From positions 744,001-808,000 of the forward strand of contig NZ_JMCB01000001.1 of NCBI RefSeq assembly GCF_000737315.1: 64,000 bases of DNA, given 5' to 3'. Below the pieces are notes generated by a model. The model did no database searches. It saw only the letters and a list, made by a program, of their open reading frames with translations, and was not told the origin of the DNA. Shown one piece after another: positions 26,462-36,432 of the stretch. Position numbers and translations under genes: made by a program. The stretch is from Hyalangium minutum (GTDB lineage Bacteria > Myxococcota > Myxococcia > Myxococcales > Myxococcaceae). The number at the start of each line of letters is the position of its first letter. Within the stretch, counting starts at the first letter, position 1.

Positions 26462-28855
26462 ATGCGCCTGGATGAATCCGCTTTCGAGCCGACCCGCCTG
26501 CACCTCTGGGGAGCACGTGCCGCGCTGGAGGTGCGGTGTCCCATGCCGGGCGTGCTGCGCATCCGGCACGCGCCCTCCTCGGCAAGCTTCGGCTTTGCCC
26601 ATCCTCAGCTCGCTCCCAAGCAATCCTGGGCGGTCGTCACGGACCAGAACCTGCCGCTCCAGGTGAACGAGGACTCGGGCACGTTCCTCGTCACCGTGGA
26701 GGGCCTCTCGCTGGAGCTGGCGGCCTCCACGGGGACCTGGACCCTGCGAGACACGCATGGCCGGGAGCTGGTGCGCTGCGAGTCGGTGTCCGGAGAGTCG
26801 CACCCCAACATGCCGCTGAGCCACCACCGCTCGCGGCTGGCGCTGAATGCGCCTCCGGGCGAGGCGTACCTGGGCTTTGGCGAGAAGGTGGGCGCGCTGG
26901 ACAAGCGGGGGATGCGCTTCACGTTCTGGAACACGGACGTGATGCCGCACCACCCGGACACGGATCCGCTCTACATCTCCATTCCTTTCTGCCTGGGGCT
27001 GCGCGAGGGGGTCGCCTGGGGGTTCTTCCTGGACGAGCCGTGGCGCTCCGAGGTGGACGTGGCGTACGGGGAGCCAGACCGGGTGCGCTGGGAGAGCTGG
27101 GGCCCAGAGCTGGACGTGTACCTCTTCGCGGGTCCGCACCCGGCGGACGTGGTGCGCCGGTACGTGACGCTGACAGGGCGCCCGCCGCTGCCTCCGCTGT
27201 GGAGCCTGGGGGCGCAGCAGTCGCGCTGGGGCTACGAGACCGCGGATGACATCCGCGGCGTCATCCAGGCCTACCGCACACGAGGGCTGCCCCTGGACGT
27301 GGTGTACCTGGACATCGACTACCTGGATGCCTTCAAGGTGTGGACGTGGGACCGGACGCGCTTTCCGGATCCGCAGGGGCTGACACGCGAGGCGGCAAGC
27401 GCGGGCGTGCGGGTGGTGCCCATCATCAACCCCAACGTGAAGGCCCAGGAGAGCTACCCCATCTACGAGGAGGCGAAGGAGCAGGACTTCCTGGTGCGAG
27501 CGGACAGCGGGGACGTGCTGCTGGGCGAGGTGTGGGCCCGGCCGGCGGTGTTCCCGGACTTTACGCGCGAGGAGGTCCGGTACTGGTGGGGGGACCTGCA
27601 CCAGGAGTTCCTCGAGCAAGGCATCGCGGGCTTCTGGAACGACATGAACGAGCCAGCGTGCTTCGAGCTGCTCGAAGCGGGCGGGAGCGTGTCGGCGATG
27701 GGCGGGCGAATGGAGGAAGCCAAGCGGCGCGAGGGCAAGACGCTGCCCTACGCGGCGAGGCACGGGAAGCGGCGGCACGTCGAGGTGCACAACGTCTACG
27801 GCATGGCGATGACGCAGGCAGCCTTCGAGGGCTTCCGGCGGCATGCGCCCCAGCGGCGTCCGTTCCTGCTGACGCGCGCGGGCTATGCGGGAATCCAGCG
27901 CTACGCGGCGGCGTGGACGGGAGACAACTCGAGCCACTGGGAGCACCTGGAGCTGTCCATGCCGATGCTCATGGGGCTGGGGTTGTCAGGGGTGGCGTTC
28001 ACAGGGGTGGACATCCCGGGCTTCATCGGCCGGCCGAGCGCGGAGCTGTTCGCGCGGTGGACGCAGCTCGGCACGTTCTATCCGCTGATGCGCAACCACG
28101 CGGCGAAGCCGATGCCCTTCCAGGAGCCGTGGCGCTTCGGGCCGCAGCACTTGGAGCTGGCCAAGGCGGCGCTGGAGCGACGCTACCGGTTGCTGCCCAC
28201 GCTGTACTCGCTGATGCACGAGGCGGCGGAGAATGGCCTGCCGGTGCTGCGCCCGCTGATGATGCTGGACCCGGCGGACACGGAGGCGCTGCAGGCGTTC
28301 GATCAGTTCCTCTTCGGGAGGGATTTGATGGTGGCGCCCATCACCAAGCCGGGCCAGACGAAGCGGATGGTGTACCTGCCCAAGGGGCAGTGGCTGGAGT
28401 GGCCGAACATGGAGCGGCCGTGCTCGGTGAAGGAGGGAGGCCAGCACATCATCGCGGACGGCCCGCTGAACACGATTCCCACCTGGCTGCGGGCGGGTGG
28501 AGCGCTGGCGCTCACGAAGCCCGCGCTGCACACGACGACGGCGAACTGGCCGTACCTTGAGTGGCACATCCACGTGGGCCCGGACGTGCGTGCCCGGCTC
28601 TATGAGGACGAGGGCGATGGCTACGGGGAGTCCCGCCTCTCGCTCATCACGGGGAGCTTCGACCGGGGCCGCTTCACGCTCGAGCGCCGCGTCCAGGGCA
28701 AGCTGGCTCCCGTGCGGCAGCAGGAGACGCTGTACCTCTATGGCCTCAAGGGCGTGCGCTCCGTCACGGGCGCGCTGGAGCTGGGCGCCTGGAAGGACGG
28801 TGTGCTCGAGATCCCGATGGGAGTGGACTGGGACCGGCTCGTGGTGAACGTCTGA
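26462..28855 (+). CDS. GH31 alpha-glucosidase
   Basis: YLDIDY, nucleophile motif WNDMNEP, acid/base motif WTGDN, LMRNH and DQFLFG. Confidence 0.92.
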   Translation: MRLDESAFEPTRLHLWGARAALEVRCPMPGVLRIRHAPSSASFGFAHPQLAPKQSWAVVTDQNLPLQVNEDSGTFLVTVEGLSLELAASTGTWTLRDTHGRELVRCESVSGESHPNMPLSHHRSRLALNAPPGEAYLGFGEKVGALDKRGMRFTFWNTDVMPHHPDTDPLYISIPFCLGLREGVAWGFFLDEPWRSEVDVAYGEPDRVRWESWGPELDVYLFAGPHPADVVRRYVTLTGRPPLPPLWSLGAQQSRWGYETADDIRGVIQAYRTRGLPLDVVYLDIDYLDAFKVWTWDRTRFPDPQGLTREAASAGVRVVPIINPNVKAQESYPIYEEAKEQDFLVRADSGDVLLGEVWARPAVFPDFTREEVRYWWGDLHQEFLEQGIAGFWNDMNEPACFELLEAGGSVSAMGGRMEEAKRREGKTLPYAARHGKRRHVEVHNVYGMAMTQAAFEGFRRHAPQRRPFLLTRAGYAGIQRYAAAWTGDNSSHWEHLELSMPMLMGLGLSGVAFTGVDIPGFIGRPSAELFARWTQLGTFYPLMRNHAAKPMPFQEPWRFGPQHLELAKAALERRYRLLPTLYSLMHEAAENGLPVLRPLMMLDPADTEALQAFDQFLFGRDLMVAPITKPGQTKRMVYLPKGQWLEWPNMERPCSVKEGGQHIIADGPLNTIPTWLRAGGALALTKPALHTTTANWPYLEWHIHVGPDVRARLYEDEGDGYGESRLSLITGSFDRGRFTLERRVQGKLAPVRQQETLYLYGLKGVRSVTGALELGAWKDGVLEIPMGVDWDRLVVNV

Positions 28856-28862
28856 CAACTGC

Positions 28863-29939
28863 TCACGGTGCCATCACGGCCGCGCGCGCGGTGTGCCAAA
28901 AAGGCGCGGTGGGCCAGCGATCCTCGATGGCGTAGACGATGGCGCGGTGCTCCCGGTAGCGTCGGCGAACCGAAGTGAGGCGGGCAGCGTAGGCGCCGAG
29001 GGCGTCGCTCGTACCTGCAAGCACAGCTTGGGCGCCGCGCAGGCCAGTGTAGAGGGCATGGAACAGGCCCTGGGAGCTGAGAGGGTCAAAGGCCAGGGAG
29101 GCGTCACCGACAGCGAGCCAGCCAGGTCCGGCGGGCGGATCGGTGACCGCGCCGCTGGCGTCGACGGCGCGCACCGGTGGAGGGAGCGGGGACGGCCACA
29201 GCCGGCGAACATGCGTGGTGGCGCTGAGGGCTTCGTGCCACGCGGTGGCGCTGCGGCGGATCGCCTGGGCGTGGGCGGGTGTCGTGTGCAGCACGGCGAT
29301 TCGCTGCGCGCCCGGCAGACGAGAGCTGTACCACCAACCCTCCTGCGTCCCTTCCACGAGCGTGCGCATCTCCGCGTCCTCCGTGGCAGCGGACGCCCAG
29401 GCAGGCAGGGCAATGAGCGGCGTGTCGCGTCTGCGTCTGGCGCCCACCCGGCGAGCGATAGCGGCGTAGCGGCCGGTGGCGTCAATGACGAAGCGGGCGC
29501 CAAGACATTCGCCCTGGGTATTCACCACCTGCCAGCTTTGCGGTGCGCCACGGATGGCGCGGACATGACCTGGATGCAGCTGCGCGCCAGCGTTCAGCGC
29601 CACGGTGCGGAGTTGCTGGTCGAAGAGGCTCCGGTCCAGGTGCCAACCCGGGCCGTGGGGATCGCGGATGAAATCGGTGGGCACGAGGGCGTCGCTTCCC
29701 CACGCGCTGACGTTGCCCGGCGCCAGGGCGTGGGTGCTGTCCACCATCTCGACCAGCCCCAGATCCCGCAGGAGAGGCCGCGCAGCGCCGGGCAGGGACT
29801 CGCCCACGCGCGGCGCCAGACGCTCCACTGGCAAGTCATCCATCAGACGCACCGTGAGGCCCGCGCGGGCCAGGACCAGGGCAGCCACCGCCCCCGCCGG
29901 ACCCGCACCCGCCACCAGCACATCCGTGGTGCTGCTCAT
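28863..29939 (-). CDS. LodB/GoxB-like FAD-dependent protein (CTQ cofactor maturation)
   Basis: GAGPAG, RVGESLPG, IDATGR and GDASLAFDPLSSQG. ATGA overlap with the upstream LodA-like gene. Confidence 0.8.
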   Translation of the reverse strand: MSSTTDVLVAGAGPAGAVAALVLARAGLTVRLMDDLPVERLAPRVGESLPGAARPLLRDLGLVEMVDSTHALAPGNVSAWGSDALVPTDFIRDPHGPGWHLDRSLFDQQLRTVALNAGAQLHPGHVRAIRGAPQSWQVVNTQGECLGARFVIDATGRYAAIARRVGARRRRDTPLIALPAWASAATEDAEMRTLVEGTQEGWWYSSRLPGAQRIAVLHTTPAHAQAIRRSATAWHEALSATTHVRRLWPSPLPPPVRAVDASGAVTDPPAGPGWLAVGDASLAFDPLSSQGLFHALYTGLRGAQAVLAGTSDALGAYAARLTSVRRRYREHRAIVYAIEDRWPTAPFWHTARAAVMAP

Positions 29940-31906
29940 GGCTTGTGGCCAAAGCGCGCCGACCGCGCGGCCTCCAACTGCTCGTCGCTGCTCCAGCCAG
30001 CGCGGGCCAGGCGGGTGTCGAGCCGGGGCCTGGGGCCGGCCGCGGCTTTCACCAGCAGCGCCTTCTGGGGGCTGGGCCCCACGGGCACCTTGGGGAAGTT
30101 GGCGACGAACATCACCTTGGGCAGGTCCGGGTGGTCCACCCCGGGCATGGCCAGCACGATTCCCTGCTCACTGAAGGTGTCCACCATGAGCTGGGAGTTC
30201 ACGCCCACCGACGGCGACGTGAAGCGGCTCAGCCAGTTGGTCCGTTCCTGGAACGCCGCGATGCGCTCCGCCCACGGCCGGCTCTCGTCCATCACCTTGG
30301 CGTAGGCCTCGGGCATGAGCACCTGGTTGGGTACCCGCGCTGGCCAGAAGGTGGGCAGGTAGGGGTCATACTGGGGATCGTAGCCCGAGCGGCAGTACGT
30401 GGTGTCCTCCTGCCAGGGCAGCGCCATCCACCGGGAGATGTCGCCGGGCCGCTGTCCGTAGAGCGGGCCGTTCGGCGCCAGCGCCGTCTGTTGGCTCATG
30501 GTGCTGCCCATCTCGGGCCCGAGATCGCCCTGAGTCCGGTGGCGGATGCGGAACGGCGCCATGTACAAGGTCGCGTGCCGCATGGGCCACGTCATCTCGC
30601 AGCCGGGATGGAACGCGTCGGCCAGGCAGAAGTGCAGAGCAGCCTTGTCGAGCATGGCCGGCTGCTGTGCCACGGGCACGTCCTCAATGCGCCGCGGCGG
30701 CTCCGTCTGCGCCCCCTCATCGCCGACAAAATCCCCGTCCACCCACTTCTTCAGGATCGCGCCCTGCACATCGGGGAGCTGCAGGTACACATTGGGGGCG
30801 GTCTTGGTATCCGTGCCATACGCGTCGCCGTAGATCCACGGCCAGGTGCTGGGAGTCGCCGATTGCCCCTGGGTTGGCCGGAATGCATTGAACACCGTAT
30901 TGCGCAGCTCGTGCCACGGATCGCTGCCGTCCTGGGCTCGCGGCGTGGCCAGCCTGGCGATGAGGTTCGGGTCATCGAAGTTCAGCGGTCCGCTGGCGCC
31001 GAACATCGCGGCAAAACCCTGGTTGACCCACTGCAGACCGGTCATCCGCTGCAGGAGCGGCAGCACGTCGCGGCTGAAGCGGATCTCGCTGGGAAAGGGA
31101 ATCCAACCCGCTTGGGTGCTCACCGCTTCGAGCAGATCATAGAGCGTGCGCCACCCCACCGCGTTGGGCGCGAAGTCCGGGGGCGCAGTCACCACCCACG
31201 CGGGATCCACGGGGATCGATGCGCCGTCGATCTGCAGTGTGGCGGCCACGCTGCCGTCGCTGGTGTCGTCGTACCAGCCGTCGGCGTTGTTGAAGCCGTA
31301 CTGATTCTTCTCGTCGTAGATAGGCGCGCCCGAGGGCGACGCCGCCTTGCCGTGTCCCCCCAGAAAGAGCAGCCGTCCCTTCGCGTCGGTGCGCAGCTCG
31401 CCGAGGTTCACCGGCGTGCCTTGGAAGGCGCCGTCGAGCTGATAGCCAGCACCTTGGGTGGAGGTCCCGGAGATGCTCTTGGGCCCTGAGTCGATCACGA
31501 GCGAGGAGCGCTTCCCCGCTGGCACCGCGGGGTTGCGCAGTGGCACCGCGAGAGTGGCGGCCTCCGGGATGTCCATGGCGCAATCGAAGGCGTACCACTC
31601 GGCCTTGCGATTCGCCACGTGCACGGTCCACTCGAAGGACATCCCCTGCTCGCCGGCGGTGAGCTCCCGGACCACCTCGCCTTGCGCGTTGTAGCCGTAG
31701 AGGCGGAACAGCGCGCCCTGCCGCTTGATGGCGCCGGTGGCGTCGCGGATGTCCTCGGGCTTCATCAGCGGCGGCGTCGTGACCTGCGGTCCGATGTAGT
31801 AACCATCCCCCTGGGTGCTGTTACCCACCCGGGCGATGCCGATGGCGGGGTGGATGGCCGCGCGAACGATGCGTGTGTCGGTAGGAGTTGCGAAAGGCGT
31901 GCTCAT
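29936..31906 (-). CDS. LodA/GoxA-family CTQ-dependent amino-acid oxidase
   Basis: IHPAIGIARVGNS, GWYDDTSDG, FHPGCEMTWP, WMALPWQEDTTYC and FWPARVP. Confidence 0.88.
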   Translation of the reverse strand: MSTPFATPTDTRIVRAAIHPAIGIARVGNSTQGDGYYIGPQVTTPPLMKPEDIRDATGAIKRQGALFRLYGYNAQGEVVRELTAGEQGMSFEWTVHVANRKAEWYAFDCAMDIPEAATLAVPLRNPAVPAGKRSSLVIDSGPKSISGTSTQGAGYQLDGAFQGTPVNLGELRTDAKGRLLFLGGHGKAASPSGAPIYDEKNQYGFNNADGWYDDTSDGSVAATLQIDGASIPVDPAWVVTAPPDFAPNAVGWRTLYDLLEAVSTQAGWIPFPSEIRFSRDVLPLLQRMTGLQWVNQGFAAMFGASGPLNFDDPNLIARLATPRAQDGSDPWHELRNTVFNAFRPTQGQSATPSTWPWIYGDAYGTDTKTAPNVYLQLPDVQGAILKKWVDGDFVGDEGAQTEPPRRIEDVPVAQQPAMLDKAALHFCLADAFHPGCEMTWPMRHATLYMAPFRIRHRTQGDLGPEMGSTMSQQTALAPNGPLYGQRPGDISRWMALPWQEDTTYCRSGYDPQYDPYLPTFWPARVPNQVLMPEAYAKVMDESRPWAERIAAFQERTNWLSRFTSPSVGVNSQLMVDTFSEQGIVLAMPGVDHPDLPKVMFVANFPKVPVGPSPQKALLVKAAAGPRPRLDTRLARAGWSSDEQLEAARSARFGHKP

Positions 31907-31971
31907 GTTGGCTCCCGTGGCGCCAGCCCCTTTGGAATGTCCCAGCAAGCTTTCAAGGGCTGAAGTCCCTG

Positions 31972-33657
31972 TCAGATGATAGTCTTCCGGGACCTGAACA
32001 GCACATGCTTATCCATGCTGCACGTCTGCTTGACTTCGCGCAGCGCGGCATAGCTCTCGTCAAAATAGATTTGCGTCCGTACCGAGCTGTCTTTGAAGCT
32101 GATGAACGCGCCGCCAGTGCCGGGGATGGGATAGTCCCGGCACGCCTCGATCCAGTCCTCCGCGCGGTTGTCCCAGGGCCGGTTCGCAAGGACGCCGTGC
32201 TCAATCTCGGAGCATGAAGCCGTCGGCACCCCGTCCGCGTTGAGGTACTGGTTCCACCAGGCTTGGAACTGGATGGTAAAGAGCCGGTCTTTGTAGGGGA
32301 AGGCGCTGGGCGGCTGCTGGCTCTTGTCGTAGGTGGCATAGAAGGGCCCCGTGATGGCACCCAGGGTGATGTACTGGGTGATCGCGAAGTTGTTCGACTT
32401 GCCACCCACTTCGTCTGGCGTTGGCACCAGGGATGACTGCAAAGCGCAGATCAAGGCCTTCCTGCCCTCGTCATTCCACCCAGAGGCCTCGGCGAGCCTC
32501 GAGGTGATCTTGTGCGGAGCCGGTCCGTCGCCATCCAGTGGGATGTCCGGGTTGATGGGGGTGGAGCCCGTGGCCAGCCGCTTCAATCGCTGCACCTGGC
32601 TCGGCACATTCCGGTCCCAGGACTCGAAGTGCCACTGATTCGAGCGGACTGCCGCCCTGAGGCCGTTGGCTGGGGCGCGATGGACCTGCACCACGCAAGC
32701 TCCCAGGGGCTGGAGCCCGAAGTACCGGGTGATCATGTCCCTGGCCTCCTGCTCCGTGCCCGCGAAGTAGCCATTGAAGGTACAATCCAGGACGGCCTGC
32801 GGATCTGGCTCTTGCCCAGCGGGCAGGTGGGTGGCGACCACCTTCAGGTTGGTGCCGATCAGCCGCGGGTTGTCGTTGCCAGTGATCGCCTTCTCCCAGC
32901 ACTGGAGGATCTCGAGCGCCGGCCGATGAGGCCATGCATCCATGCAGCGGAGATTGAAGCTGCAGAGGTTCTCGGGCAGCTTGAAAGCCTTGAACCGCAG
33001 CTCGGTCACAATGCCGTAGCTGAACCCGCCACCGCCGCGCAGGGCCCACAGCAGCTTTGCCTCGGGGCTGTCCGCGGGAGCGTCAGGCCTGAGGGTGACG
33101 ATTTCGCCGTTGCCCAGCACCAGGGTGGCGCCGATCAACCGCTCACACCCCATGCCATACAGGCGCGTCCACGGCCCCCAGCCACCGCCCAGGGTGTAGC
33201 CGGCGATGCCCACGGTCTCACAGGTGCCATGCGCAATCCCGAGGTTCTGACTGTCGAGGATGGGCTTGATGTGCCGGAAGCGTGCGCCAGCCCCGATGGA
33301 GACAATGGGCTGATCCTCCGTGCCGGCATCCTGCCTGGTCACCGTCACCGAGTTCATCTTTGAGAAATCCATCAGCAGGGTGGCCGTGCCAGAGCACTCG
33401 CCCTCATGGTCATGCCCACCGGAGCGCACCCTCAAGGTGATCTCCGTCGGGAACCTGTTGGCGAACTTGACGATCTCGCTCACCTGCTCGGGGGTCTCAA
33501 CCAGCACAATCGCCGCGGGCCGGAACTGAAACTTGGTGTTGAAGACCTGGCTCTTCAGCAGATACCCAGGAGAGTCTTCCGTCAGCACCTCTGGAGCAGC
33601 GCCAGCGCTGTTCTTCGGCAGCAGCGAGCTCAGTTGCTTCAAGCGTTCGGCATTCAT
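31972..33657 (-). CDS. BBE-like / VAO-family FAD-linked oxidase, probably with bicovalent FAD
   Basis: RPAAIV, RSGGHDHEG (His), GTCETVGIAGYTLGGG (Cys), LWALRGGGG-SYGIVT and a C-terminal BBE-like segment. Confidence 0.82.
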   Translation of the reverse strand: MNAERLKQLSSLLPKNSAGAAPEVLTEDSPGYLLKSQVFNTKFQFRPAAIVLVETPEQVSEIVKFANRFPTEITLRVRSGGHDHEGECSGTATLLMDFSKMNSVTVTRQDAGTEDQPIVSIGAGARFRHIKPILDSQNLGIAHGTCETVGIAGYTLGGGWGPWTRLYGMGCERLIGATLVLGNGEIVTLRPDAPADSPEAKLLWALRGGGGFSYGIVTELRFKAFKLPENLCSFNLRCMDAWPHRPALEILQCWEKAITGNDNPRLIGTNLKVVATHLPAGQEPDPQAVLDCTFNGYFAGTEQEARDMITRYFGLQPLGACVVQVHRAPANGLRAAVRSNQWHFESWDRNVPSQVQRLKRLATGSTPINPDIPLDGDGPAPHKITSRLAEASGWNDEGRKALICALQSSLVPTPDEVGGKSNNFAITQYITLGAITGPFYATYDKSQQPPSAFPYKDRLFTIQFQAWWNQYLNADGVPTASCSEIEHGVLANRPWDNRAEDWIEACRDYPIPGTGGAFISFKDSSVRTQIYFDESYAALREVKQTCSMDKHVLFRSRKTII

Positions 33658-33765
33658 GCGGGTGTCCTCAAGTGATCGAGGGCAAATCTTCGCATGATTG
33701 AGAAAGAGAGAATGTGACGGGCTTCACAATCCTTGCGTGAACCCGGGCATTGCCAGCCCCATGGC

Positions 33766-35400
33766 TCAGCGCGCCACGGCTACGGGCTGCGGAGCCTCTG
33801 TCACCGCCTCCGAGTCTCCGTGCTCCAACTGCTTCTTGGCGGGGACGAAGGTCATGGCGCGCTCAGCCAGCGCGGTGATGGTCAGTGAGGGGTTCACGCC
33901 CGGGTTCGCGGAGACCGCCGAGCCGTCGATGGCGTACAGGCCCTCGTAACCGTAGAGGCGGTGCTGCGAGTCGATGGCGCCCGTCTCCGGCGAGTCACCC
34001 ATGCAGCAGCCACCGAGAATGTGCGCCGTCGTGGGGATGCCCAGAACCGTCTCGTTGGCGAGGCTCATGGGCATGCCGCCCATCTTCTTCGCTACACGGT
34101 GGGCCAGCTCGGCGGCCTCGGGGATGTTGGCGGTGGGCGCGGAGCCGGCCTGCACGGCCGTGGACAGCCCCTGGCGCAGCGCAGTCATCAGCCCTCGCCC
34201 ACGCTTCATGCGCAGGTAGCCGTCCAGCGTGCGCATATAGAGGAGAATGACCGTTTGCTTCGCGTAGTCGCGCGCCGCCATCACCCGCAGCATCTTGAGC
34301 GGGTGGCGCAGCATGACGCCGAAGAGCCGTGCCAGCCGCGACACCGGGCCCTCGCCCGTGACGTAGGGCGCTGAGAGCATCCGGAAGAATCCCGAGCCTG
34401 CCGAGTAGCGCACCGGCTCCAGGTGCGAGTGCTCGTCCGTGTGCAGGATGGAGCCAATGGCGATGCCCTTGGACAGGTCCTTGTCCCGCTTGGGGGTCAC
34501 CACGCCAATGAGGGCCTCAGAGTTGGTACGGACGAAGTCTCCGACGCGCTCCGAGAGCTTCGGCAGCCCTTCCGGGCTCGCCTTGAGCTTCAGCAGCAGG
34601 TCCACCGTGCCCAGCACGCCACCCGCGAAGATGACGTTGCGAGCGGTGAAGCGCCGCTTGCGGCGGGAGAAGATCGAAGTCCCCTCCAGTGCCTCCACCT
34701 CGTAGCCACCGCCGGGCAGCGGGCGCACCCAGGTGACCTCGGTGTCCGCGTGGATGGTCAGCCCGTGCTTCTCCGCGAAGTAGAGGTAGTTCTTGTCGAG
34801 CGTGTTCTTCGCGCCGAAGCGGCACCCCAGCATGCAGCCGCCGCAGGAGTTACAGCCGGTGCGCGCCGGGCCCTCGCCGTTGAAGTACGGGTCCGGCACG
34901 GTGACACCCGGCTGGCCGAAGTAGACGGCCACGGTGGTGGGCTGGAAGTCCGTGCGGCCCATCTCCTGGCCCACCTCCTGGATGACTTGATCCGGATAGG
35001 TGCGCAGCGGGTTCACCGTGGCCCCGAGCATCTTCCGGGCCGTCTCGTAGAACGGCGCCAGCTCCGTCTTCCAGTCCGCCAGTTGGCTCCAGTGGCCGCC
35101 CTGGAAGAAGTGCTCCTTCGGGATGGGGAGCGTGTTGGCGTAGACGAGCGAACCACCTCCCACGCCCACTCCGGAGAGCACGGTGACGTGGCGGAAGAAC
35201 GTCATCTTGAAGAGCCCGCGCCACCCGAGCTGCGGCATCCACAGCCACTTCTTCAGGTTCCAGTTCGTCTTCGGGAAGTCCTCGGCCTGGAGGCGGCGGC
35301 CCTTCTCCAGCATCACCACCCGGTAGCCCTTCTCCGTCAGCCGCAGCGCGCTCACGCTGCCGCCAAACCCCGAGCCGATGATGAGCCAGTCGCAGTCCAT
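33766..35400 (-). CDS. GMC oxidoreductase, cholesterol-oxidase-like
   Basis: IIGSGFGG, GVGGGSLVYAN, GCRFGAKNTLDKNYL, TAHILGG and GVNPSLTI. Confidence 0.85.
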   Translation of the reverse strand: MDCDWLIIGSGFGGSVSALRLTEKGYRVVMLEKGRRLQAEDFPKTNWNLKKWLWMPQLGWRGLFKMTFFRHVTVLSGVGVGGGSLVYANTLPIPKEHFFQGGHWSQLADWKTELAPFYETARKMLGATVNPLRTYPDQVIQEVGQEMGRTDFQPTTVAVYFGQPGVTVPDPYFNGEGPARTGCNSCGGCMLGCRFGAKNTLDKNYLYFAEKHGLTIHADTEVTWVRPLPGGGYEVEALEGTSIFSRRKRRFTARNVIFAGGVLGTVDLLLKLKASPEGLPKLSERVGDFVRTNSEALIGVVTPKRDKDLSKGIAIGSILHTDEHSHLEPVRYSAGSGFFRMLSAPYVTGEGPVSRLARLFGVMLRHPLKMLRVMAARDYAKQTVILLYMRTLDGYLRMKRGRGLMTALRQGLSTAVQAGSAPTANIPEAAELAHRVAKKMGGMPMSLANETVLGIPTTAHILGGCCMGDSPETGAIDSQHRLYGYEGLYAIDGSAVSANPGVNPSLTITALAERAMTFVPAKKQLEHGDSEAVTEAPQPVAVAR

Positions 35401-35521
35401 CGAATCCTCCGCCTGAAGCCAGGCCCCACGCATTATGTTTGTAACGCGCGAGCGTTGGCGACTGCGTGGCACCTCAGGAGCCCTCCTGGCCCCTGGATGA
35501 CCGCTTGCCCCTGAACGCCTG

Positions 35522-36292
35522 TCAGTCCTTGATCTCGATCCAGTACGGCGCGTGGTCCGAGGGCTGCTTGCCCTTGCGCTCCTCGCGGTCCACGTCCGCC
35601 TGCGCCAACCGCTCCACCACCGGCGCTGTCGCCAGGATGTGGTCGATGCGCAGCCCCTGGTTCTTCGGGAACCCCAGCATCCGGTAGTCCCACCAGCTGA
35701 ACTTCTGCACGTCCGGGTGCAGCTTGCGGAACGTGTCCGCCAGCCCGAACGCGCACAGCCGCTGCAGCGCGTCCCGCTCCTTCAGCGTGAACAGCGTCTG
35801 CCCCTCCCACAGCCGCGGATCCCACACGTCGATGTTCTCGGGCGCCACGTTCCAGTCGCCGCACAGCACCATCGGCTCGTCCGGCTTGTGCTTCGTGTCC
35901 AGGTAGCGCCGCAGCCGCGAGTACCACTCCAGCTTGTACTCGTACGCCGGCGAGTCCACCGCCTGCCCGTTCGGCGCGTACACGCTCATCACGCGCACCC
36001 CATTCACCGTCGCCGCGATCACCCGCGACTGGGGATCCTCCACCCCGTCGGGGATCCCCTGCACCACGTCCTTCGGCTCCGCCTTCGCCAGGATGGCCAC
36101 CCCGTTGTACGTCTTCTGCCCGTACAAGGCCGCGTGGTAGCCCGCCTCACGCACGGCCTCCAAGGGGAAGTCCTTCTCCACGCACTTGAGTTCCTGCAGG
36201 CACAGCACGTCCGGCTGCCGCGTCTTCAGCCAGTTCAGCAACCGCTCCTGCCGAGCCCGCACCGAGTTCACGTTCCAGGTGACGATCTTCAT
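35522..36292 (-). CDS. xth: Exodeoxyribonuclease III
   Basis: MKIVTWNVNS, LQELK, YNGVA, YAPNG, CGDWN, RIDH and SDHAP. Confidence 0.95.
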   Translation of the reverse strand: MKIVTWNVNSVRARQERLLNWLKTRQPDVLCLQELKCVEKDFPLEAVREAGYHAALYGQKTYNGVAILAKAEPKDVVQGIPDGVEDPQSRVIAATVNGVRVMSVYAPNGQAVDSPAYEYKLEWYSRLRRYLDTKHKPDEPMVLCGDWNVAPENIDVWDPRLWEGQTLFTLKERDALQRLCAFGLADTFRKLHPDVQKFSWWDYRMLGFPKNQGLRIDHILATAPVVERLAQADVDREERKGKQPSDHAPYWIEIKD

Positions 36293-36393
36293 CGCGCGGC
36301 ACCGTCGCACGTCACCCACGCCCCTTCCACGCTTTTCCCCGCCCTCCGTGGCCCACAGACCACACTTCTCCCCGCTTTCGAGGGAATTCCCCC

Positions 36394-36409
36394 TGGCATG
36401 GCAGTCGCA
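36394..36409 (+). promoter_or_regulatory. sigma54 -24/-12 promoter TGGCATG-GCAG-TCGCA
   Basis: GG-N10-GC spacing and a close match to TGGCACG-N4-TTGCW, 23 nt upstream of ATG 36433. Confidence 0.65.
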
Positions 36410-36432
36410 ATGAGTCCCCTCAGGAGACCGCC

